Assembly: GCF_002571385.2 (NCBI RefSeq)
Contig: NW_019217887.1
Span: 541,850 to 605,849, forward strand
Source of the DNA: Stylophora pistillata
Lineage: Eukaryota
DNA: 64,000 nt
Direction of reading: 5' to 3'
Shown here: piece after piece, positions 35,600-47,870 of the stretch
Layout: each line of letters opens with the position of its first letter
Numbering within the stretch: the first letter of the stretch is position 1
Made by a program: the position numbers and the translations under genes
Notes under the pieces: model-generated
Database searches by the model: none
What the model was told of the DNA's origin: nothing
Seen by the model: only the letters and a program-made list of their open reading frames with translations

Positions 35600-38023
35600 T
35601 CAAAAATCAATTGTCACGTTATCCCCTATCAGCACAAACGGAGCCCATTGGGGAGGTTTGGGAAAGCCGTTGCTTTTCAACCAATTTACGGCCTGATGAA
35701 GAGATTCACTGGCACTTTCTCCAAGAGTAAGATGTTTGTAGAATTGTTTCATGAGCTTCATCGTTGCTTCGTCTTGTATGCCCCACAATGCTGCCACCAC
35801 TGAACGTGCACCGGATGCTAAGAATGCTCGAGCGACTCCGAGAACTCCTTCCTCTTTAATCAATCCATGCGCAGTGTGACAACTGCTGAGTACTACTAGC
35901 TTAGCTCGCACTTGAACTCTTAAAATATCGGAATCTGTCAGGAGGCACTCTCCCTGTTGACAGGCGAGGGCAAGTTCTCCTCTTTTGCAATTTCCATGTG
36001 TGGCAAAATGTATCACACGCGCTGAAGGCATTTCTTGAAGTACTGCTTGCTTTGTTGCGCGCCTTCCTAACAAAGGTGTAACGCCCAGCAGTTCACCAAC
36101 CATCTTTGCTTCCTTATGCGCACAGAACAACCGTCTGTCACCCTTAGGATCACCCACTACCAGTGCACCAGTTTGACTGTGATAGTCAGCAGGACATTCT
36201 TGAATGAGCCGGAGAGTCGTCAGAGAAGGGATGATGCGGATTCTGTAATTCTCTGATAGGTACTTCCCGGCTGGTTCATCACGCAAGGCAGCAAATGGGA
36301 CATGGTAAGAGAAACGAATCGGCACAATGATGATTTCAGGCTCTGTAAGTAAGTCTGCCACAGGAGCGATGATCAATTTGTAACACAAATTACTAATTCT
36401 GTCGTCATCGCTTTCGGTGCTGTTTTCGAATATTCTTTCCACATTGTCAGCCCCCGCAGAATCTAAAGTGTTGACATCCACTTCGTCTGATGCTCGAAAG
36501 TAGGTGTCTCCATTTGCTTTCAAAATCCAAAGAAAAACTTGCCTCTCGTAATACGAAATGTACAAAAAAGCACAATTCCTCTCTTTTTTTACGATGTTTT
36601 CGATCCCGATCCATTTCTTTGGATCAGCTGAGATGTGGATTTCAAGGGAAAACTTATGTGCCATGGATTCTGTGAGGCTTCTTGCTCGTCTTAGCTCCTC
36701 GACATAAAGAGCATCTCGAAACTTTCCAGTATTGCAAAGCAATTTAGTGAGCATCTTTAAGGGAAAAGCACCATTCTTTTCTAGCAAGAGTATTTCAAAT
36801 TCTTCGTCTCCTTTCAGAAAACTCCTCATTTGTTCATATTTTCTAATACTTTCAAAGAGATGTTGTTTTGCCTCCTCAATCTTTGATTGTGATCTCTTTA
36901 AGTGTGCGATACAGTAAAGGCTTTGTAACTCAGTCATTTTGTCTCCAATTTCGTTGCTTATGGAGCGAGCTTTCTTTAAGTAACCTTCTCCCTTGTCATA
37001 TTCGTCAAGCTTTTGGAACATCAGGTTTCCAAGGCTTAGGTAAACTTCAGCTTCGATAGCTCTATTGTCACATTCCTTGGTGATGGCAAGCGCCATCTCA
37101 CAATGTTTTTTTGCCTTTTCTTTGTCCTTAGTAAAAGCAAACACAGTCGCCAATCCGACGGAAGCACCTGCTTCTACTTTTTTGTCACCAGTTTCTATAC
37201 TCAAGCTGAGTGCTTTGCCAAAAGATTCCTTAGCCGGCCGATATTCTGCAACCTCGCAATAAATAGTTCCAAGACTCAAGTGACTTGCACACTCTTTCTT
37301 TCTGTCTCCGATTTTTATCGTAATATCGACTGCTTTCTCGTAATATTCTTTAGCCGTCTTATTTTTACCAAGGGCTCGAAACAAAATTCCGAGGTTTCTG
37401 TTACTTGTTGCTTCTTTGCCTTTGTCCCCAATTTCAATCGCGATGGCAAGTGCTTTATTGTGATATTCTTTAGCCGTCTGATATACACTAAGGGTGTAGT
37501 AGACATTTCCTAGGTTCCTATTACTTGCTCCTTCTCCTTCTCTGTCACCAATTTCTATCGCAATGTCAAGCGCTTTCTTGTGGTGCTCTATTGCTTTTTT
37601 CTTTTCATAAAGATTACTACTCACAACTCCAAGTCTTCCATGAGCGACTGCTTCTTCCCTTCTACGGCCAGTCATTTTCATGATGGTGAGTGCGCTTTCA
37701 AAGGCTTGCTTTGCCTCCTCAAACCGACTTTGTTCATGATATTTGTCTCCCAGTTGTATGGTTAGTATTCCAGCTAGATGGAGCTCGTTAAGTAGTTTGC
37801 TGGCGTTGTGTCTTGCCGCATTTGTGTTACCAAAGATGGCGTAGTACGCATTGATTATGTCTTCAGAGATTTCAAGGTGAGTACCAGAGTCAAAGTGTTG
37901 GAGTAGACTTACACACTTGTTACAAAACTCAGTCGCTTTTAGTCCACGATCAGTCTTGAGAAGAATTATGGCGACATCTAAACTTCTGCGGACTGCTTCT
38001 AAGATTTCTGCTGTGTTACTCAT
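35600..38023 (-). CDS. TPR-CHAT protein (TTC28-like TPR array plus caspase-like CHAT protease domain), 807 aa
   Basis: Open frame from ATG 38023. TPRs such as GDREGEGASNRNLGNVYYTLSVYQTAKEYHNKALAIAIEIG; CHAT motifs IIIVP...VPFAAL, ALVVGDP, IHFATHG (His676), LVVLSSC (Cys715), VARAFLASGARSVVAALW, WAPFVLIG. Splice acceptor at 38036-38037, so upstream exons are possible. Confidence 0.92.
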   Translation of the reverse strand: MSNTAEILEAVRRSLDVAIILLKTDRGLKATEFCNKCVSLLQHFDSGTHLEISEDIINAYYAIFGNTNAARHNASKLLNELHLAGILTIQLGDKYHEQSRFEEAKQAFESALTIMKMTGRRREEAVAHGRLGVVSSNLYEKKKAIEHHKKALDIAIEIGDREGEGASNRNLGNVYYTLSVYQTAKEYHNKALAIAIEIGDKGKEATSNRNLGILFRALGKNKTAKEYYEKAVDITIKIGDRKKECASHLSLGTIYCEVAEYRPAKESFGKALSLSIETGDKKVEAGASVGLATVFAFTKDKEKAKKHCEMALAITKECDNRAIEAEVYLSLGNLMFQKLDEYDKGEGYLKKARSISNEIGDKMTELQSLYCIAHLKRSQSKIEEAKQHLFESIRKYEQMRSFLKGDEEFEILLLEKNGAFPLKMLTKLLCNTGKFRDALYVEELRRARSLTESMAHKFSLEIHISADPKKWIGIENIVKKERNCAFLYISYYERQVFLWILKANGDTYFRASDEVDVNTLDSAGADNVERIFENSTESDDDRISNLCYKLIIAPVADLLTEPEIIIVPIRFSYHVPFAALRDEPAGKYLSENYRIRIIPSLTTLRLIQECPADYHSQTGALVVGDPKGDRRLFCAHKEAKMVGELLGVTPLLGRRATKQAVLQEMPSARVIHFATHGNCKRGELALACQQGECLLTDSDILRVQVRAKLVVLSSCHTAHGLIKEEGVLGVARAFLASGARSVVAALWGIQDEATMKLMKQFYKHLTLGESASESLHQAVNWLKSNGFPKPPQWAPFVLIGDNVTIDF

Positions 38024-38079
38024 TACGGATCTCTTCTGTATGAGAAAAGAATGGCATCGGACGTGAGAAAACAAACAAC

Positions 38080-38419
38080 TTAAAGTGCACCTAAACCCAA
38101 AAGTATTTTTTTCGCTTAACGAAATAAGCATATTTTTTGATTTCTGTGCTAAATTATTTTTATTTGCTCAAATCTTCAAAGCCCAGTCAAAACACGGAAA
38201 ATCGGCCGCCATCTTGGCTCACGACCGAGTTTAAAGAGGAATGGTTCTAGCGGGTAATGTGACGTCAAATCGAGAACACGAAAGTCTGCATTTCACGCAT
38301 TTTCACTTGATTGGGAAGGTCGTCGTCGATATTGTCCGAAATATACCGACTAAGTGTGTTGTAGGAGGATGTAGGAACGTGCGAAATTTGCAAGAGGGTA
38401 TCGCGCTTCATACATTCCT
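38080..38419 (+). mobile_element. Kolobok-like left end with the start of a THAP zinc finger
   Basis: TTAA|AGTGCACC terminus, then PTKCVVGGCRNVRNLQEGIALHTF (THAP N-terminal CxxxxC...LHxFP pattern). Absent from unit 1. Confidence 0.65.
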
Positions 38420-38545
38420 CAAAAGGCGCCATGTTTCTCCTACGTACACAGTATTCTGACAGTTGCAAGGAATCCTATACACACCGCATTTCTGCTTTTC
38501 ACCAAGCGGCTCTTGACATGTGCGTTTAATCTCTTTCACCTTTCT
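38420..38545 (-). mobile_element. Penelope-type GIY-YIG fragment
   Basis: KCGVYRIPCNCQNTVYVGETWR; partial copies near 42077 and 43372. Confidence 0.6.
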
Positions 38546-41500
38546 TCCTGGAAGAAAGATGAAAGTGATTAAATGAAAACAGCTAGTTAAGAAAGTACTA
38601 ATCACACGTGAAGTCAGAGGAAATCACTGAAAATAAGCCTGTAATGGAATGCATTTGTTTTTCAGGTTTCTCAAGGGCTCTATAAGAGTTTTACATTATC
38701 ACTTGGTGGTGAACATGCAGCTTCTCCTTACAATATACCATGCAGTATTCAAATGGCAAGAGTAAACAGACAGATCAGCCGGAGGTTAATATATCTATCA
38801 CCAAAATTAGCAAGTTTCAATCCAAAACATTTTAGCGCATGATTTATGAAATCTTTAAGTTACAGAAGTGAGGAACGCGTTAATTTGGTATAATCAGCCG
38901 AGTTAATAACGTAAATTGGCCACCGTAAAGAGTTTCAAAGATGACGTTTCGAGCGTTAGCAGTTCGTCTGAGCGAAATTTCCATAGAAGTTGTAGGATAC
39001 TTTAGTTCAAAGAGTTAGTGTAGCTAAGTCCTTCTGATTTCTAGCAATCGAATAAAAAATTGGAACAAACTACACCTGTATGTTCAAATTATTTAAAATT
39101 GTAGCTCTTATATTTTTGAATTATCCAAAACTTGCATTTGAAATATTTCAATTTCTTAAGCAGGAAAATGATAACCTTTGGAAAAATAAACACACATTGT
39201 TCAGAGTCCTAATTGGTTGAGTGATGAGACCGATATCAAGAAACAAAGATAGATGCAAGGTACTCATGCGAGAACAAAGCGAAAAATGCGAGCGGTTGGA
39301 AAAGTCACCATAGAGATTGAGATATATATGAACATGACTTTCCAGTTTGGCTGAGAAAGTGCATTGAAAAACGTTGTGGCCCCTTCTTTTACTTTAGTAC
39401 TCTGTTCATGAATTTGATCTCTGTCGTGCCTCATTTGAGGCACTGTAGACATATTTTAAACAGGAAAGAAATGTAAGCTTTTTTCCTTTATTTTTGCTGC
39501 TTACCCTTGAAGAAGGAAGTATGTCTTGTATAGTATTCTGATTGTATGATAGAGGAAGCCAAGGGTATGAAACTGAAATAACACTTTCCCTGCAAAACAA
39601 AGACAAGAATTCGTTCAGACAAGCTAAAACAGGCTACATCGCTTTCCCGCTCCTCCATCTTATATAGAATAACATAGCATCTTAATTTTTTTATTTCAGA
39701 ATTTTCCGTTCTTGCATCATGTCTTCTGCTTTTACTCTTTCACTCACAGACCCTGAAACTTCAGAGTTATTTAATTTGTAACTTCTCGTTACAGCACCAA
39801 TATATTATTCAGCCAATAGTTTTGGAGAATAAAGAAGCTTATCAGCTTGACAGTGTTCAACTGACTTAACACTTCATTCTCTAATCGTATTTACATTCGA
39901 TGTTTATGACTGTTACATTTCGAAGGGGACTCGGTAATTAGTTCATGGAAGTTAAAGGCATGATGTTTAGTTAAGCCATTTATCTTGCAGATTAATATGA
40001 TTTTTTCTAAGATTATTTCGAATGTCCATTGAATGTCCAAAACATTTCAGTTTTGTAAAGCGGGAGCAAATTTTTTTCTAACATTACTTTTATACCTCTT
40101 ACTTCTTTAAAAAGAAGTGTCGTGTTTGATATATTTCAGTCGTGTGACTGATGAAACCAAAAGTAAGAAACTGCAATAAAACTTTTTCTGCAAAACTAAG
40201 ATACGTGAAAAAAAAAACTATTGTGAGAAAGAAGTGACAACTTAAGAGGTGGAAAAAAAATAACCAAAGAGGGAACAACGGATTCCAAGAATTATAGATT
40301 AAGTTCGATTTGTAAAAAAAAAAAATAACTGAGTCTTTAAAGCACCCAAAAATCGATCAATTTCCATCTTCCTCATAAATCAAACCCATATGATTAATAT
40401 ATCGAAGAAAACAGATTTTCCCGCCTGGAATTGACGTTTAATTTAGTGTGCAATTTGCATATACTCTGCGTTTTTACGATACTGAAAATCTTAAGCTACT
40501 CACGACGGCCAAGACAGCGACATTAAACGTGACCAAACGAATATTTTGCGAGAAGAAGAATCTCTGCTCATGGGCTATACATTTCCATGAAAAAAATTTC
40601 AATTTCGATTGGCCATATTAATATTTTTACCTGTGTCTTATAATTTTCAATTTGTATATACCCTGCGTTTTTGCCAATACTGAAAATCTTAAGCTACTCA
40701 GGACGACCAAGGCAGCGACATTAAACGTGACCAAATGAATATTTTGCGAGAAGGAGAATCTCTGCTCATGGGCAGTACATTTACATGAAAAAAATTTCAA
40801 TTTCGAATGGCCATAGTAATGTTTTTACCTGTTTCTTACATTGAAAAACACCAAAAACGGTTTTCGTCTTTCTGAATTTGAACATTGTTTTTCCAAAGAT
40901 AACTGACCCGCGCTTAAAAAATATTTCGTACATTTCATATTTGTAAACTTCTTAGGGTGTTTCAAAAGGGACAGATTCAGAATGTCTACGGGATTCAATT
41001 TACTCAAGCATTTTAAATGTTATCCAAACGATAGATAGGTAGGAGTAAAACAAATTTGACCCAACTGGCGGAAGTACCGTGTTTAATGTCCTCCTTATTT
41101 TTTTAAGCAAGAGATTATCCAATTGCGATTATACAACATACATTACTTGGCGACGTAGAAAAAATCATTTAATCGAAACCACGTCCCTCTTTAGCAATTC
41201 ATGATGTCTCATTATGCTAATCAATTCAGTAATAGTCTTTCAGTAAGAACATCCCATTTTTAAAGGCGTTGACGCATTTATCGTAAATCAGTTGTTATCC
41301 CGCATTAACGCATCAGTACATTAAATCGTAAAATATCGTACTTACCACGACTCTAACTTTGAACACTTTCTCGCTTTGTAAATTGAAACAACCAACTCTA
41401 TAATTAGAATCAGCAGCATGTGTTTAATTAGGATACATTACAAATGGGGAGTCTCAGCCCACCAATGAGGCGCCGAAATGTAGCGCTCCCTGCCAACAAC

Positions 41501-44500
41501 TACATGATCTGGATACACATTCGACCTTTAATCTGGTTAAGGTGTGTGATGTTCTTTTTGAAACCTTCAGCTTATATACAGCGGTTTTACAACGGCTCAG
41601 AGGGGAATTCATCATTTGTATGCCAACAAATTGTTAAAGTAGACAGCCACAAAGTTGCGTTACTTGCGCGGTCACAAAATTAAGAGTGTTTTTTTTTTAT
41701 GAGTAAGAGAATATTCTTAAAGAAGATGGAAACTGCTTTATAGAGGAAGCGGACAGTAACGAGGTTAGAATAAACCAAACAGAATCATCAATGGCCAAAC
41801 TTGGAGAAGATTAACACGGACTGCAAATATCGCTCTACGCGTCCTACTTGTAGGACGGAGCGCACGCATGAGTTTGCCACGCACGAGTATACATAGTGGC
41901 TTGTACAATTATACTTTCTAGTATTTATTAGATTTATTGGATTACTTTTTAGTATTATATGTTTTGTAAATAGCTCTGTAATTCAGCTACTCTGTATATT
42001 GCTGCAATGAGTCTTAATAAACAGTCATTATAGTCTTTATAGTCATTATTATCGAACTAAAATCAGTGCATGCTGAATTGCAAGGAATCCTATACACAAC
42101 GCATTTCTGCTTTTCACCCAGCGGCTCTTGACATGTCCGTTTAATCTCTTTCACCTTTCTTCCTGGAAGGAAGATGAAAGAGATTAAATGAAAACAGCTA
42201 GATAAGAAAGTACTAATCACACGTGTAGTCAGAGGAAATCACTGAAAATAAGCCTGTAATGGAATGCATTTGTGTTTCAGGTTGCTCAAGGGCTCTATAA
42301 GAGCTATAAGAGTTTTACATCATCACTTCGCGATGAACATGCAGCTTCTCCTTACAAAATACCATGCAGTATTCAAATGGCATGAGTAAACAGATAGATC
42401 AGCCGGAGGTTAATATCTCTGTCACCAAAATTAGCAAGTTTCAATCCAAAACATTTTAGCCCATGATTTTTGAAATCTTGAACTTACAGAAGTGAGGAAC
42501 ACGTTAATTTGGTACAATCAACCGAGTTAATAACGTAAATTGGCCATCGTAAAGAGTTTCAAAGCTGACGTTTCGAGCGTCAGCAGTTCGTCTCAGCGAA
42601 ATTTCCATAGAAGCTGTAGGATCCTTTAATTGAAAGGGTTAATGTAGCTAAGTCCTTCTGATTTCTAGCAATTGAATAGAAAATTGGATCAAATTACACC
42701 TGTATATTAAAACTATTTAAAATTGTAACTGTTATATTTTTTAATCATCCAACTCTTGTATTCGAAATATTTCAATTTCTTAAGCAGGAAATTGATAACC
42801 TTTAGAAAAATAAGCATACATTGTTCAGATTCCTAATTGGTTGAGTTGATTGATGAGACCGATAGCAAGAAACAAAGATAGATGCAAGGTACTCGTGTGA
42901 GAACAAAGCGAAAAGTGTGATCGNATTGTTAAAGTAGACAGCCACAAAGTTGCGTTACTTGCGCGGTCACAAAATTAAGAGTGTTTTTTTTTTATGAGTA
43001 AGAGAATATTCTTAAAGAAGATGGAAACTGCTTTATAGAGGAAGCGGACAGTAACGAGGTTAGAATAAACCAAACAGAATCATCAATGGCCAAACTTGGA
43101 GAAGATTAACACGGACTGCAAATATCGCTCTACGCGTCCTACTTGTAGGACGGAGCGCACGCATGAGTTTGCCACGCACGAGTATACATAGTGGCTTGTA
43201 CAATTATACTTTCTAGTATTTATTAGATTTATTGGATTACTTTTTAGTATTATATGTTTTGTAAATAGCTCTGTAATTCAGCTACTCTGTATATTGCTGC
43301 AATGAGTCTTAATAAACAGTCATTATAGTCTTTATAGTCATTATTATCGAACTAAAATCAGTGCATGCTGAATTGCAAGGAATCCTATACACAACGCATT
43401 TCTGCTTTTCACCCAGCGGCTCTTGACATGTCCGTTTAATCTCTTTCACCTTTCTTCCTGGAAGGAAGATGAAAGAGATTAAATGAAAACAGCTAGATAA
43501 GAAAGTACTAATCACACGTGTAGTCAGAGGAAATCACTGAAAATAAGCCTGTAATGGAATGCATTTGTGTTTCAGGTTGCTCAAGGGCTCTATAAGAGCT
43601 ATAAGAGTTTTACATCATCACTTCGCGATGAACATGCAGCTTCTCCTTACAATATACCATGCAGTATTCAAATGGCATGAGTAAACAGACAGATCAGCCG
43701 GAGGTTAATATATCTATCACCAAAATTAGCAAGTTTCAATCCAAAACATTTTAGCCCATGGTTTTTAAAATCTTGAAGTTACAGAAGTGAGGAACACGTT
43801 GATATGGTACAATCAACCGAGTTAATAACATAAATTGGCCATCATAAACAGTTTCAAAGCTGACGTTTCAAGCGTTAGCAGTTCGTCTGAGCGAAATTTC
43901 CATAGAAGCTGTAGGATCCTTTAATTGAAAGAGTTAATGTAGCTAAGTCCTTCTGATTCCTAGCAATTGAATAGGAAATTGGATCAAATTACACCTGTAT
44001 ATTAAAACTATTTAAAATTGTAACTGTTATATTTTTTAATCATCCAACTCTTGTATTCGAAATATTTCAATTTCTTAAGCAGGAAAATGATAATCTTTAG
44101 AAAAATAAGCATACATTGTTCAGATTCCTAGTTGGTTGAGTTGATTGATGAGACCGATAGCAAGAAACAAAGATAGATGCAAGGTACTTGTGTGAGAACA
44201 AAGCGAAAAGTGCGAGCGGTTGGAAAAATCACCATAAAGATTGAGACATATATCAACATGACTTTCCAGTTTCGCTGAGAAAGTGCATTGTAAAACATTG
44301 TGGCTCCTTCTTTTACTTTAGTACTCTGTTCATGAATTTAATCTCTGTCGTGCCTCATTTGAGGCAGTGTAGACATATTTTAAACCGGAACGAAATGTAA
44401 GCTTTTTTCCTTTATTTTTGCTGCTTACCCTTGAAGAAGGAAGTATGTTTTGTTTAGCATTCTGATTGCATGATGTTGAGTTAAGGCATTTATCTTGCAG

Positions 44501-45225
44501 ATTAATATGATTTTTTCTAAGATTATTTCGAATGTCCATTGAATATCCAAAACATTTCAGGTTTGTAAAGCTGGAGCAGATTTTTTTCTTAAATTACTTT
44601 TATACCTCTTACCTTTTTAAAAAGAAGTGTCGTGTTTGATATTCCAGTCGTGTGACTAATGAAACCAAAAGTAAGAAACTGCAATAAAACTTTTTCTGCA
44701 AAACTAAGATACGTGAAAACAAAAACCATTGTGAGAAAGAAGGGACAACTTAAGAGGTGGAAAAAAAATAACCAAAGAGGGAACAACGGATTCCAAGAAT
44801 TATAGATTAAGTTCGATTTGTAAAAAGGAAAATAACTGAGTCTGTAAGGCACCCAAAAATCGATCAATCTCCATCTTCCCCATAAATCAAACCCATAAGA
44901 CTAATATATCGAAGAAAACAGATTTTCCCGCCTGGAATTGACGTTTAATTTAGTGTGCAATTTGTATATACTCTGCGTTTTTACCGATACAGAAAATCTT
45001 CAGCTACTCACGACGGCTAAGGCAGCGACATTAAACGTGACCAAACGAGCATTTTGCGAGAAGAAGAATCTCTAATCATGGACTGTACATTTACATGAAA
45101 AAAATTTCAATTTCGAATGGCCATATTAATATTTTTACCTGTGTCTTACAATTTGCAATTTTTATATACCCTGTGTTTTTACCAATACTGAAAATGTTAA
45201 GGTACTCAGAACGACCAAGGCAGCG

Positions 45226-45263
<38 letters not shown>

Positions 45264-47870
45264 TAATAACGAGTTTTTATACAGGATTGAAAACCCATCA
45301 GTGTGTAACACTGTTGTCCTTGGGGTCCTGTCAAAATAATAAATAAATAAATAAAATAAAACTTAACAAGATATAATCATTGATCTTAAGGTCTAGAAAA
45401 GCATACAATAAAATAAAATGCTCTGAAAAAGGATACCTATAACCACGTTTAGATCGAATTTTTAACTAAAATAATCTCGCAATTTGTTCTTAAATTTCAG
45501 TCTCGAATCTAACGACCTTAGTTCAGCAGGCAGGTTGTTGAAAGTCTTTGCTCCTTGGTAATAGAAGCTCTTTTTACCAAATTCTAAACGTACTTTGGGT
45601 AATTTCACTGATATACCGTTATTCCTAGTGGCCTTAGAATGAACCAGTCTTTCGAAGTAGTTCTTAAAGGGTGTGCAAACATTATTCAGGAGACAGTCGA
45701 AAACAAACAAACAGCTTTTACGCTTGATCAAATTGTTCACGGATGGGGGATTAAAAGAACTATTGCCAATAACTTTAAAGCCTCGTCGTTCGATGTTCTT
45801 TATCATTTCCTTTCGGTAATCCGGAAAGCTAAGACCAAGTGTTCCGCAATAGGTAAAAATAGGTGCGATCATAGTGTTATAGATCGATTCTGCACACTTT
45901 TGGTCGATCAAAGGACGAATTGATCGCAAGAGATTAATTCTGGTTGCAGCTTTTTTATAGATTCGGTCAAAATGTGATGCAAGGTTTAGTGATGAGTCAA
46001 GGTGAACACCTAAGTACTTATAGGTAGAGGTGTTATTGATGAGTGTCCCATTAACAGAAAGTTTAAGTTCCTTGTCTTGAAGGTTGATTCTTTTAGCTGT
46101 TCCAAATAACATAAACTCCCACACCTCCACCTTTGCCTGTTTTCCTCGGTCTATTAATGAACGTATAGCCATCCAGTTGAACTTGAGCCTCTTCACTGTC
46201 CGATAGATGAGTCTCACTGAGGGATATGATGTCTATATGCTTGGAATCATCGATCATTTGGCATAGACTATCCTTATTCGCCACGAGGCCTCTGATATTT
46301 TGATGAATAATTTTAAGCCCATTTTTCGTTGACAAATCCCGAAGATCAGACAGGATGTCATGTGAACTAGAGGAGCCAACAGGACCAGGTTGAAGTTCAA
46401 CATCATTTGCGAGACGAATAAGTAGTAAGGAAAGAGAGGAATTAATCGTAAAACGGCATCCAAGGAGTAGAAGTCTTGAATTCGGCAGCTGGAGATTCTT
46501 TGCATGTTGCGAGCTCGGTGACCGATGGTTAAAATGTTGAATTTTCACTGTCGTCAGACCGTGAGAAATGAAGAGAAGAGTATCACCAGATATATCGAGG
46601 TCAGGATTAGTCTTGGGAAGGAGTGCACCAGAGAAACAAACGTAGAAATAAAGCAGAATGATCCAGTATCTAAGAGCTCTAAAAACGTGACCGTCCGCCA
46701 TATTGTCGTTCCGAGTTTTAATCATACATTTTTCAGAGTTTTCGACACAGCTGGGCAGTTTACTGGCCGTGAATTTCATCAGTCTTCTACGCGGTTCTCG
46801 TACATCCAAAAAATTTAAACGTGTTTCGCTGCCAGGCAGCAGATTTAGCATTTCTTTTAGTTTAACTTGAGGAATATTGCTAGGTCGTTTTTGCCTTTTC
46901 TCATTTACGATTTTTTTGTTAAACACGAAGGCGCGCTATATTAAACGTGACCAAACGAGTATTTTTCGAGTAGAAGAAACTCTACTCATTTCCATGAAAA
47001 AATTTCAATTTCGAGCGGCCATATTAATATTTTTACCTGTGTCTTACAATTTGCAATTTGTATATACCCTGCGTTTTTACCAATACTGAAAATCTTAAGC
47101 TACTCAGGACGGTCAAGGCAGCGACATTAAACGTGACCAAACGAGTATTTTGCGAGAAGAAGAATCTCTACTCATTTCCATCAAAAAAATTTCAATTTCC
47201 AATGGCATCTTAATGTTTTTACCTGTTTCTTACATCGAAAAACACCAAAAACGGTTTTCGTCTTTCTGAATTTGAACATTGTTTTTCCAAAGATAACTGA
47301 CCCGCGCGTAAAAAATGTTGCGTACATTTCATATTTGTAAACTTCTTAGTGCGTTTCAATAGTCACAGATTCAGAATGTCTACGGGATTCAATTTACACA
47401 AGCATTTTAAATGTTATCCAAATGCTAGATAGGTATGAGTAAAACAAATTTCACCCAACTGACGGAAGCACCATGTTTAATGTCCTCCTTATTTTTTTAA
47501 GCGAGAGATTATCCAATTGCGATTATACAAAATACATTACTGGGCGACATAGAAATAATCATTTAATCAAAACCACGTCCCTCTTTCGCAATTCATGATG
47601 TGTCAGTATGCTAATCAATTCAGTCATAATAGTCTTTCAGTAAGAACATACTATTTTTAAAGGCGTTGACGCATTTATCCTAAATCAGTTGTTATCTCGC
47701 ATTAACGCATCAGTACATTACGTCATAAAATATCGTACTTACCACAACTATTTTTGAACACTTTCTTGCTTTGTAAAGTGAAACAACCAACTCTATAATT
47801 AGAATCAGCGGCATGTGTTTATTTAGGATACATTACAAATGGGGAATCTCAGCCCACCAATGAAGCACTG
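38462..47870. repeat. Internal duplication of the spacer (~38462-41470 vs ~43372-47870), plus the near-identical block 41630-42923 / 42925-~44210 across an N
   Basis: Both long copies run from TTGCAAGGAATCCTATACAC to GGATACATTACAAATGGGGA. Sequence after the N at 42924 restarts at the 41630 sequence. Confidence 0.85.
45233..46939 (-). mobile_element. Internally deleted CR1/L2-clade LINE (2A-like motif, APE N-terminus fused to post-RT C-terminus, (TTA)n tail)
   Basis: LLLIRLANDVELQPGP; KIIHQNIRGL...SLSETHL...GGGVGVYV (APE); EFMLFGT...YKYLGVHLD...FYYQGAKTFNNLP. The (AAT)n tail starts at ~45231. ATTAA is duplicated at 45228-45232 and 46940-46944, while paralogous empty sites read GCGACATTAAACGTGACC. 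Confidence 0.88.

Noticed and set aside
35594-35602. Selenocysteine or readthrough at TGA-AAA-TAG
   Set aside because: The paralogue has CGA here, so a CpG transition removing two residues is the simpler explanation. No SECIS was recognised.
35600-38023. Bacterial contamination or a Craspase-type operon
   Set aside because: The gene is flanked by splice sites, animal TEs and GPCRs, with no operon or CRISPR components.
38024-38131. 36-aa N-terminal extension of TPR-CHAT in the ORF track
   Set aside because: It crosses a splice acceptor and runs into the Kolobok-like insertion, and it is not conserved in unit 1.
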